NCBI GenBank assembly: GCA_965649225.1
Contig: CBFGJX010000004.1
Location: 86,246-122,772, forward strand
Origin: a candidate division WOR-3 bacterium
Lineage (GTDB): Bacteria > Hydrothermota > Tepidihabitantia > Tepidihabitantales > Tepidihabitantaceae
Direction: 5' to 3'
Length of the DNA: 36,527 nt
Shown here: positions 8,057 to 18,243 of the stretch, piece by piece
Numbering within the stretch: the first letter of the stretch is position 1
Layout: the number at the start of each line of letters is the position of its first letter
The notes under the pieces: model-generated
What the model was told of the DNA's origin: nothing
The model's input: the letters and a program-made list of their open reading frames with translations, nothing else
Database searches by the model: none
Translations under genes and position numbers: made by a program

Positions 8057-8988
8057 GGTTTCGTCCGGCGGTCGAGCCGGGCAAGCTGGACAAAAACATC
8101 TTCCAGTGACGGCTGGTCCGGGGTGATGTCGGTGATGGTGACGCCGCTGCCGGCGAGGGCGGCGACGATGCCGGCGCGGGCGCGGGTCGGGTCGGCAGTG
8201 AGCAGGCGCAGCCGGTTGCCGGAAACCGACACTTCGCCCAGTTCGGGGTGCTGCAGCAGAACCGCGAGGGCGGTATTGAGCGGCGTGCAGGCAATCTGCA
8301 GTGCCGCGGCGCACGGCTGGGCGCGCAATGCCGATGGCGTGCCGGCAGCGACAATCCGGCCGTGATTGATGAGGCAGAGATTGTGGCAGTACTGCGCTTC
8401 GTCGAGGTAGTGGGTGGTGATGATGATTGCCTTGCCCTGTTCGGCGAGAACGTGAATCCGGGCCCAGAAGTCGTGGCGGGAGAAGGGGTCCATGCCGGCG
8501 GTGGGTTCGTCAAGAAACAGTACCCCGGGGTCGTGGAGCAGGGCGCAGGCCAGTGCCAGTCGCTGCCGGGCACCGGACGGCAGTTCATCGGCCCGGGTTC
8601 GGGTATAGGGTGTGAGGTTGTGGTCGGCGATGGCGGCGCGGACAGCACCGGCGAGTCTGGCTCGGGACAGTCCGTAGGCGGCGCCAAAGAAGCGGAGGTT
8701 CTCGTCGGCGGTGAGTTCTTCGTAAAGCGAAAACCGCTGCGAGACGTAGCCGATGCGGCTTTTCAGGCGGTCACGGTCTTTCGGGACCGACAGTCCGAGG
8801 ATGCTGACAGTGCCGGCAGTGGGCGTGAGGATACCGGTGAGAACCCGGATGGTGGTGGTCTTGCCGGCGCCATTCGGGCCAAGCAGGCCGAGCACCTCGC
8901 CAGCCGCTACCGTCAGTGAAATTCCGTCAACAGCGCAGAAGGAACCGAAGCGGCGGACAAGTCCGTTGACTTCGATGGCCGGATTCAT
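8053..8988 (-). CDS. ABC transporter ATP-binding protein
   Basis: Walker A GPNGAGKTT, Walker B LFLDEPT, H-loop TTHY; signature degenerate (LPSGARQ). Confidence 0.95.
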   Translation of the reverse strand: MNPAIEVNGLVRRFGSFCAVDGISLTVAAGEVLGLLGPNGAGKTTTIRVLTGILTPTAGTVSILGLSVPKDRDRLKSRIGYVSQRFSLYEELTADENLRFFGAAYGLSRARLAGAVRAAIADHNLTPYTRTRADELPSGARQRLALACALLHDPGVLFLDEPTAGMDPFSRHDFWARIHVLAEQGKAIIITTHYLDEAQYCHNLCLINHGRIVAAGTPSALRAQPCAAALQIACTPLNTALAVLLQHPELGEVSVSGNRLRLLTADPTRARAGIVAALAGSGVTITDITPDQPSLEDVFVQLARLDRRTKP

Positions 8989-9893
8989 TGCTGTTCGACG
9001 TCAGCCATGACGTCTTCAAGGGTCGGTTCGACGGGTTGGGGTTCGGCGGTTATGCCGGCGGCACGCAGGGCCGCGACCGCAACCGGGGCGTCAGCCGCCG
9101 AACGCAGCAGCCAGGCAACACCTTCACCCAGTACCTGGACCGCGACCACTGCCGGACAGGTGCGCAGGGCGCGGGCGGCGTCGGCCGGACGCGGGGCAGC
9201 AATGTGGAAGCGCCGGTCGCGGACCCGCTCGAGGAGCTTGTCGGGTGACGCACAGCCGGCAAGCCGGCCGCGACTGAGGATGGCGACGCGGTTGGAACGG
9301 ACCGCTTCTTCCAGATATACCGATGAATAGACAACAGTGGTGCCGCGGCCAAGCGCGGCAGTGATGATGCGCCAGAAGTCGCGCCGCGACAGCGGGTCAA
9401 TGCCGGTGGTTGGTTCGTCCAGCAGCAGTACCGGCGGGTTGTGAACCAGAGCGCAGGCGAGAACCAGTTTCTGCTTCATCCCGCCCGAGAGGTTGCCGGC
9501 GCGGAAACGGGCAAAGTCTTCCAGTCCGGCGGCGGCGAGCAGGGCAGTGGTCTGCCCGCGGGCCAGTACCGGGTCAAGGCCGAAGAACCGGCAGTAGAAA
9601 TCAAGGTTCTCCTGACAGGTGAGGTCGGCGTAAATTGCAAACCGCTGCGGCATGTAACCGATGGCGCTGCGCAGCGGCCAAGGCCGGTTGATGCCGTCCA
9701 TGTCGAGGATGGTGATGGTGCCGGAATCGGGCCGGAGGGTGCCGGCCAGCAGACGGAGCAAAGTGGATTTGCCGGCAGCGTCCGGGCCGGTGATGCAGAA
9801 CAGTTCGCCCCGCTCGACAGTGAAGGAGACGCGCTGGAGCGCGGGCTGCCGGTTCCAAGAGCGGGAGAGGTTTTCGACAACTATTGCCGGCAT
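8985..9893 (-). CDS. ABC transporter ATP-binding protein
   Basis: ATG at 9893 (MPAIVVENL). GPDAAGKST, LSGGMKQ, LLLDEPT; H-loop lacks His (SSVY). Confidence 0.93.
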   Translation of the reverse strand: MPAIVVENLSRSWNRQPALQRVSFTVERGELFCITGPDAAGKSTLLRLLAGTLRPDSGTITILDMDGINRPWPLRSAIGYMPQRFAIYADLTCQENLDFYCRFFGLDPVLARGQTTALLAAAGLEDFARFRAGNLSGGMKQKLVLACALVHNPPVLLLDEPTTGIDPLSRRDFWRIITAALGRGTTVVYSSVYLEEAVRSNRVAILSRGRLAGCASPDKLLERVRDRRFHIAAPRPADAARALRTCPAVVAVQVLGEGVAWLLRSAADAPVAVAALRAAGITAEPQPVEPTLEDVMADVEQQ

Positions 9894-9901
9894 CGGCCCG
9901 A

Positions 9902-9977
9902 AAGGTAAGCCGACAAATGGCCCGCGGTCAAGCTGTTGCCGACTGGCGGTTGACAGTTGTTGGCGGACAATTATTCT
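9902..9977. promoter_or_regulatory. Divergent promoter pair (ABC operon / TlpA operon)
   Basis: Plus strand: TTGACA (9950-9955), N16, TATTCT (9972-9977), 7 nt before ATG 9985. Minus strand: TTGACC (9926-9931), N18, TACCTT (9902-9907), 8 nt before ATG 9893. Confidence 0.6.
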
Positions 9978-9984
9978 CCGGCAT

Positions 9985-11433
9985 ATGAGCCGAAGGGTGG
10001 TTGCAATCGCGTGGCTGGTCGTTTTCGCGGCTGCGGCTGATGCCGACCAGCCGGGCAAACCGGCGATGCCGCCGGTGGAGCGGCGCGTGGCACTGCGGCT
10101 GAATGATATTGAGACCGTTCCGGCCCGGGAACCGGTTTTGCCCCGTTACCGGTTCGAGGCAGGTACCCGGCTGCAATACATCGTGCGCGAGGAACGCGCC
10201 GGCAACGGGACGACCGAGTACTTTCTGAGCAATGTCAGCGTCTATCCACTGCGGCGAAACCCGGACGGCAGCTGGCGGCTGATGATGGTCGAGCGTCGGA
10301 GTGAACAGACGAGCGACCCGGCGACCGGGACAGTGACCGCGACTACGACCAGTGCGTCGCTGACCTGGTGTGAGCTTGGGCCGGATGGCCGGCGAACTGC
10401 CGGCCCGAGTGTCCGTGCCGGTGCGGTGGCGACGCTGTTCCCGTTGCTGCCGCAGGATTCGACAGAAGTGCGGCGCGGCTGGCACTCGGCTGACTCGACC
10501 GGCTTCGAGAGTCACCGCTATCGCCTTGCCGGTCTGGAGCGCGGCAGCGGGCAGCCGGTTTTCCGCTGGACCGGTGACGGGCCGCTGAACGCGGTGTATG
10601 AAGTTACGCTGGAAGGTGTGGCAGTTTTTGACACTGGTGCCGGCCGGCTGACGGCTGCAGAGATGCATTCGGTTACCGGCTGGCGCCGGCGGACGGAACG
10701 GAAAATGGTGTGGGAACTCGCCGGCACGGCAGCGCTGCCGCAGGCTGAGTTTGCCCGGCTGGCGGCAGAAACGGAAACGCTCTATCAGGCCCTGCTGGTG
10801 TGGGATTCGTTGACCAGTGCGGCCGGGACCGATGATGCCTTGCAGGACTCGCTCTATGCGCTCGCCGAATCGGCGCTGATTCGCGGCCGCCGGGCCGTGA
10901 CCTTGCCGGAACTGCGCGAGGCTCTCGACGCCGATATCGAGTATTTTCGTCACTACCGGGCAAGGCGGGCCGAGCGGCCGGAGTCGTCACTGCGGGCCGG
11001 GCCGGCCAATCTCGCCGGCAGGCCGGCACCGGACTGGAGTTTGCGGGCACTGGATGGCCGGCAGTACCGGCTCAAGAATCTGCGGGGCAGTGTTGTGGTG
11101 CTGGATTTCTGGTACCGTGGCTGTCCATGGTGTATCCGGGCAATGCCGGCTCTGGAAGCACTGGCACAGCAATTTCGGGGTCGGCCGGTGCAGTTCTTCG
11201 GCATGAATGTTGACAGGGACACTGGCGATGCCCGTTTCGTCGCTGGCCGATTGGGGTTGACTTACCCGGTGCTGCCGGCACGCGGAGTCGTTGACAGTTA
11301 TTCGGTCGTCAGCTATCCGACAATCGTGGTGGTGGACCGAAGGGGCAGGGTGGCCGAAGTGCTGGTTGGTTACCGGGCTGACCTGCTGGAAGTGCTGGCC
11401 GGGCAGATTGAAAGACTGCTGGCGGACAACTGA
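9985..11433 (+). CDS. Exported TlpA/ResA-family thiol-disulfide oxidoreductase with a large N-terminal domain
   Basis: Signal peptide MSRRVVAIAWLVVFAAAADA. C-terminal APDWSL..LDG...L..LRG.VVVLDFWYRGCPWC...YPTIVVVDRRG. Confidence 0.85.
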   Translation: MSRRVVAIAWLVVFAAAADADQPGKPAMPPVERRVALRLNDIETVPAREPVLPRYRFEAGTRLQYIVREERAGNGTTEYFLSNVSVYPLRRNPDGSWRLMMVERRSEQTSDPATGTVTATTTSASLTWCELGPDGRRTAGPSVRAGAVATLFPLLPQDSTEVRRGWHSADSTGFESHRYRLAGLERGSGQPVFRWTGDGPLNAVYEVTLEGVAVFDTGAGRLTAAEMHSVTGWRRRTERKMVWELAGTAALPQAEFARLAAETETLYQALLVWDSLTSAAGTDDALQDSLYALAESALIRGRRAVTLPELREALDADIEYFRHYRARRAERPESSLRAGPANLAGRPAPDWSLRALDGRQYRLKNLRGSVVVLDFWYRGCPWCIRAMPALEALAQQFRGRPVQFFGMNVDRDTGDARFVAGRLGLTYPVLPARGVVDSYSVVSYPTIVVVDRRGRVAEVLVGYRADLLEVLAGQIERLLADN

Positions 11434-11435
11434 CG

Positions 11436-12425
11436 GTGTTTTCTTTTGCGAAGGTGTGGCGACCGGCATGGTTTCAGGGGCGATTGCAAAGCCGAAGTTA
11501 CTTCGAAGGCTGGTATTTCAAGTCGGTGTCGGCAGATGGACTTGTCCGGCTGGCGGTGATTCCCGGTGTGTCACTGACCGCGAGTCGGGCGGACAGTCAT
11601 TGTTTTGTTCAGATTAACGACAGTGGCCGAGGGCGCTCAGCGTATTTCCGCTGGCCGCTGAGCGAGTTTGAATCGGCGCCGGACAGTTTCGATGTCAGGG
11701 TTGGCAGAAGCCGGTTCAGCCTGCATGGCTTTGAACTGAATATTGAGAAACCCGAGGGATGCTATCAGGGGCGACTGGATTTTTCCGGCGTGCGGGGCTG
11801 GCCGGTGCGGCTGCTGGCACCCGGTGCGATGGGGCCGTTTCGTTTCCTGCCACAGCTCGAATGCTATCACGGAGTAATCAGTTTCGACCATGAGATCAGC
11901 GGCCGCCTGCTGGCCGACGGAACGGAGTACGATTTTACCGGCGGCCGGGGATATGCCGAGAAAGACTGGGGACGCTCGATGCCGGCTGCCTGGATATGGC
12001 TGCAGTGCAACCATTTTGACGCCGGTCGGGCCGGGCTTTCGATTTCGGTGGCAAGGGTGCCGTGGCTTGGCGTATCGTTCACCGGTCATATCGTCGGTCT
12101 CCGGCTGGGTGACCGGCTGTTCGAGTTTGTCACCTGGAACGGCGCGAAGCTGACTCAGGTCGTCGTCAACGACAATGTCGTCCGACTCGGTCTGGACCGT
12201 GGTCGGCGACGACTGGAAGTTGAAGCCGAACGGGCATCGGGAGCAATACTGGCGGCGCCGCGGGCCGGGGCCATGACCGGTCGGATCAGCGAAACGCTGG
12301 ATGCGGTTGTCCGGGTGAGGCTTTTTGAAGACGACCAGATTGTTTTTGCCGGAGCGGGGCGCTATGCCGGGCTGGAGGTTGTCGGTGACATGACCCGGCT
12401 TGTGCCGGTCGGGAGCAGGGTGTGA
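11436..12425 (+). CDS. Tocopherol cyclase-like family protein
   Basis: YFEGWYFK, MGPF..LP..ECYHG, GRGYAEKDWGRSMP..W.W.QCN, AGLEVVG. Confidence 0.8.
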   Translation: MFSFAKVWRPAWFQGRLQSRSYFEGWYFKSVSADGLVRLAVIPGVSLTASRADSHCFVQINDSGRGRSAYFRWPLSEFESAPDSFDVRVGRSRFSLHGFELNIEKPEGCYQGRLDFSGVRGWPVRLLAPGAMGPFRFLPQLECYHGVISFDHEISGRLLADGTEYDFTGGRGYAEKDWGRSMPAAWIWLQCNHFDAGRAGLSISVARVPWLGVSFTGHIVGLRLGDRLFEFVTWNGAKLTQVVVNDNVVRLGLDRGRRRLEVEAERASGAILAAPRAGAMTGRISETLDAVVRVRLFEDDQIVFAGAGRYAGLEVVGDMTRLVPVGSRV

Positions 12426-12985
12426 CTGAAAACCGGGTTGAGCCTGAGGACTTGGAGCTGGTGGGCCGGGCGCAGACCGGCGACACCGAGGCATTTGAGG
12501 AGCTGGTGCGGCGACACCAGCAGGGCTTGTTCAGCTATCTGTATCGGATGACCGGCAATCGTGCTGTTGCCGAAGAGCTGGTGCAGCAGGCGTTTATAAA
12601 GGCCTGGCGCGGCATTGCCGGTTTTGGCGGCCGCTCGGGTTTCAAGACCTGGCTTTACCGGATTGGTATCAATCTGGCAATCAATTACCGTACCCGGGCA
12701 AAACCAACTACCGGTCTCGATGAGCAACTGCCCGCTGCCAGCACTAGCGAGCCGGAGGCTGTTTACCGGCAGCGCCGGCGTGAAGCCCTGGTGCAGGAGG
12801 CGTTGAGCCGGTTGCCGCCGGATCAGCGTACGGCCCTGGTGCTATCGGCTTTTGAAAGAATGAGTTACAGCGAAATCGGCGCAGTGATGGGCCGGTCAAG
12901 CCGGGCGGTCGATTCACTGCTGTTCCGCGCCAAGTCCAATCTACGCCGGTTGTTACAGCCAGCCAGAAGCCGGGGGTTGCTGTGA
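12422..12985 (+). CDS. ECF RNA polymerase sigma factor
   Basis: GD..AF..LV.RH, AEELVQQAFIKAW, FKTWLYRI..N; region 4 LPPDQR..L.L......SY.EI..VMG....V.S.LFRAK. Confidence 0.95.
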   Translation: MTENRVEPEDLELVGRAQTGDTEAFEELVRRHQQGLFSYLYRMTGNRAVAEELVQQAFIKAWRGIAGFGGRSGFKTWLYRIGINLAINYRTRAKPTTGLDEQLPAASTSEPEAVYRQRRREALVQEALSRLPPDQRTALVLSAFERMSYSEIGAVMGRSSRAVDSLLFRAKSNLRRLLQPARSRGLL

Positions 12986-13030
12986 CCGGCCGGGCAACGC
13001 AGGATTGTCGGGTGATAGGAGTCTAAGCTT

Positions 13031-13465
13031 ATGAACAGGATGAACTGCAAGCGAGCACAAAAAACGCTGCCAGCCTCCCTTGACAGCGAACTGGCCGGGC
13101 CTGAGCAGGATTCATTGAATGCCCATCTTGCTCAGTGCCCGGCCTGTCGTAGCGAGGCGGAAGCGTGGCGCGAGGAGCTGGCCCTGCTGCGGGAGCTGCC
13201 CCCGGTTGAGGTGTCGCCGTTCCTTCTGACCCGGGTGATGGCTGAGGTGCGCCGGACACGTCCGACCAGCCGGCTGCTGCTGGTATTTGGCCGGGCCTTG
13301 AGCGCTGTGGCGGTGATGGTTCTGATTGCGCTCTGCACCGGTGTTGGCACGATGCTTGGATCAGGGCTTGCCAGTCACGCTCAAAAACCGCCAGCTTCAA
13401 TTCTGACATTTGAAGAGCCAGACACACTGGTCCCTGATGTTTACAGTTATCTGGGGGGCGAGTGA
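13031..13465 (+). CDS. Zinc-binding (zf-HC2/ZAS) transmembrane anti-sigma factor
   Basis: MNC....L...LD.EL........HLAQCPAC followed by one TM helix; lies directly downstream of the ECF sigma. Confidence 0.9.
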   Translation: MNRMNCKRAQKTLPASLDSELAGPEQDSLNAHLAQCPACRSEAEAWREELALLRELPPVEVSPFLLTRVMAEVRRTRPTSRLLLVFGRALSAVAVMVLIALCTGVGTMLGSGLASHAQKPPASILTFEEPDTLVPDVYSYLGGE

Positions 13466-13953
13466 TGGCCAATCGCTGGCTGGTGGTAGTGGTTGTGGCC
13501 TCGCTGGCCTTGAATGTCGCGGTGGTGGCAGGGTTCTTTTTTGCCCGACAGCGGCGGTTACCGCCGCCTTTGCCCGGAATGAAGCCGGAAGAGATGCGGG
13601 CAATGATGGAGCTGCGGCATGAGTTTGACCCGGCGATGGACGAGCTGCGGCAGAAGTTGCACAAGGCAAGGTGCGAGTTGTTTCGGCTGGCCGCTGATAC
13701 CGTTCCCCGGCCACAGGCCGAGTCGCTGCTGCAGGTGATCGGCAATATTCGGGTTGAAATGAACCGCCTGGCCTATGAACACCTGCGCCGGGTGATGAGT
13801 CGGTTGACCCCGGAAGCACGGCTTGAGCTTTTACGCCGGTTCGACGCCGGCATGGGACCGGGATGCGGCCGCGATTTCGGGCCGCCTCCGTACTGGCAGG
13901 AAAGGCAATGGCGAACCCGCAGGCCAGGGCCGCGTGGTTGTGGAGATGAATAG
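13462..13953 (+). CDS. Periplasmic heavy-metal sensor / CpxP-like protein
   Basis: N-terminal anchor VASLALNVAVVAG, helical body, LTPEAR (LTxxQ-like) motif. Confidence 0.8.
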   Translation: MMANRWLVVVVVASLALNVAVVAGFFFARQRRLPPPLPGMKPEEMRAMMELRHEFDPAMDELRQKLHKARCELFRLAADTVPRPQAESLLQVIGNIRVEMNRLAYEHLRRVMSRLTPEARLELLRRFDAGMGPGCGRDFGPPPYWQERQWRTRRPGPRGCGDE

Positions 13954-13977
13954 CTGCCTATCAAAAGGAGTAAAAGC

Positions 13978-14517
13978 ATGAAACGCAATTTAACCCTTGC
14001 AGTTATGGTGCTGCTGGTGTCTGGCACCGCAGCGGTTGCTCAGATGCATGAGGATTGTCCGCGTCACAAGGCGATGGGTCAGCCGGCCCTGGCGCCAAAG
14101 GATGCTCCCGGGCCAGGGCCGATGCCGATGGGAATCCCGGATTTGACGCCGCAACAGCTGGACAAGATCGACGATTTGCGCATCGATCACATCAAGGAGA
14201 TTGCCGGTTTCAGAACCGACCTGCAGCTGCGGCAAATAGAGCTGGCACGGCTGTGGCGGGCGGACAAACTGGACGGCAACAAGCTTGTCGCCAAGATTCG
14301 GGAAATCAACGATTTGCGGGGAAAGATTCAGGTGGCGAAGGTGAATCACCATCTTGCCATTTACAATCTGCTCACCCCGGAGCAGCGCAAGTTTTTCCGG
14401 CCGCCGATGATGGAAGGGCCGGACATGCCGGGAATGGGGCCAGGCCGCATGATGGGCCGGGGAAGAGGCCGGATGTGCGGCGGTGGTGGTTGCGGCAACT
14501 GCGGCGATGACGACTAG
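13978..14517 (+). CDS. Spy/CpxP/ZraP-family periplasmic protein
   Basis: AAGGAG RBS, signal peptide, two LTxxQ motifs (LTPQQ, LTPEQR), Met/Gly-rich tail. Confidence 0.85.
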   Translation: MKRNLTLAVMVLLVSGTAAVAQMHEDCPRHKAMGQPALAPKDAPGPGPMPMGIPDLTPQQLDKIDDLRIDHIKEIAGFRTDLQLRQIELARLWRADKLDGNKLVAKIREINDLRGKIQVAKVNHHLAIYNLLTPEQRKFFRPPMMEGPDMPGMGPGRMMGRGRGRMCGGGGCGNCGDDD

Positions 14518-14555
14518 TGTTCCTCTGCTTGGCAGGCGATAACGGCTCGGTCGTT

Positions 14556-14586
14556 ACCGGGGGCGGGTGACCGCCCCCGGTTTTTT
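14556..14586 (+). terminator. Intrinsic terminator
   Basis: accgggggcgg-gtga-ccgcccccggt followed by a T tract. Confidence 0.9.
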
Positions 14587-14915
14587 GTTGGCGGAGTCAG
14601 AACTGCACCGGCCGGTGCTGGGCTGGCAGTTCGGCGACAAATGTCCGGATGGTTCTGGCGGCCGGCGGCAGGTCCGTCAGTCTATCCGGCGTGTTGTCAA
14701 AGTGTTGCGGCCATGGTCAGAAAAGAAATGCAAGAGAGGAGCAGATTGAAGGCCGTCAGGGGACCGTTTCGGAGGCGGCTCGACCTGCAGCCGGCAGTCG
14801 GTCTTTGGTGGCGACAGCGGCAGTGATGATGCGTTGACTGTCGGCAGGCAGACGTGTGAACAATCTGCCGGTGGCAAAGGACGCAACCGGAACCGTTGAC
14901 GGGGGTCTAATATAA

Positions 14916-17483
<2,568 letters not shown>

Positions 17484-17487
17484 ATTT

Positions 17488-17554
17488 TGTCGGGAGCGGG
17501 TATCCCTCCTTCCCAACCCACCAAAATAACCCCCTTGTTTCCCCGCTCCCGACA
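17488..17554. repeat. 13-bp perfect inverted repeat around a 41-nt C/A-rich spacer
   Basis: tgtcgggagcggg (17488-17500) and cccgctcccgaca (17542-17554). Confidence 0.8.
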
Positions 17555-17592
17555 CCAAATCTAGTGAGGCAAGGCTAGAAGTTCGATTCGGC

Positions 17593-17625
17593 AAAAGCCC
17601 GTCGGCTGGTTCCGGCGGGCTTCTG
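17593..17625. terminator. Terminator-like hairpin downstream of clpB
   Basis: aagcccgtcgg-ctggtt-ccggcgggctt with an A run on the left and ttct on the right. Confidence 0.55.
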
Positions 17626-17756
17626 CTGTTCGGAGGCTGGCAGCCGGACTGGATACGGCAGTGCCTGCGGCTATAATGTCGTAAAAGTCCGAGGGCGGCG
17701 GCTGAGCGGTTGTCGTTGGCATCCGGCGTCGGTACTGTCTGCCCCGGGAGGCGCTG

Positions 17757-18239
17757 GTGATTACGAAGAAAGTCTGCATGCTTGGTTCGTTTGCCGTGGG
17801 CAAGACGAGTCTGGTGCGCCGGTTTGTCGAGGCGCTGTTCAGTGATGAGTACCTGACCACGGTCGGGGTGAAGATTGACACCAAGCCTGTGATGGTCGGC
17901 TCGAGGGAGATGATGCTGGTCATCTGGGACGTACAGGGTGAAAGCGATATCACCGCAATTGCCGAAAGCTATCTGCTCGGCGCTTCCGGCTACCTGGTGG
18001 TTGTCGATGGTACCCGGCCGGAAACGGTCGAGCCGGCGGTCCGGCTGCGGGGGCGTGCCGGTTCACTGCCCGGCGTCATCATGTTGAACAAGTCGGACCT
18101 GGTCGAACAGTGGCGGCTGGGGCCGGCCGATGAGTCGAAGCTCGTTGCAACCGGCTGGCCGGTTTTCCGCACCAGCGCCAAGACCGGCGCCGGGGTTGAA
18201 GAAGCGTTCGGGGCGCTGGCCCGGGCGTTGCTGGGCTGA
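17757..18239 (+). CDS. Ras-superfamily Rab-like small GTPase (bacterial Rup type)
   Basis: G1 GSFAVGKTS, G2 YLTTVG, G3 WDVQG, G4 NKSD, G5 TSAKTG; GGAGG RBS; upstream TGGATA-N16-TATAAT (17650-17677). Confidence 0.92.
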   Translation: MITKKVCMLGSFAVGKTSLVRRFVEALFSDEYLTTVGVKIDTKPVMVGSREMMLVIWDVQGESDITAIAESYLLGASGYLVVVDGTRPETVEPAVRLRGRAGSLPGVIMLNKSDLVEQWRLGPADESKLVATGWPVFRTSAKTGAGVEEAFGALARALLG

Positions 18240-18243
18240 TAAA

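Noticed and set aside
9661..9984. N-terminal extensions in the ORF track (also 5785-6015, 8057-8314, 9894-10058, 18130-18243, 27459-27578, 30265-30333)
   Set aside because: They overlap neighbouring genes or promoters; downstream starts fit RBS, promoter or signal-peptide evidence better.
14600..14625. CIRCE/HrcA operator before clpB
   Set aside because: The palindrome gcaccggccggtgc does not match TTAGCACTC-N9-GAGTGCTAA.
14840..14895. c-di-GMP-I riboswitch (ggcaaa...ggacgcaa)
   Set aside because: No GNRA-capped P2 stem or P3 receptor stem is present.
17575..17595. tRNA fragment / att site (gttcgattc)
   Set aside because: No T-stem or acceptor stem pairing, and no integrase nearby.
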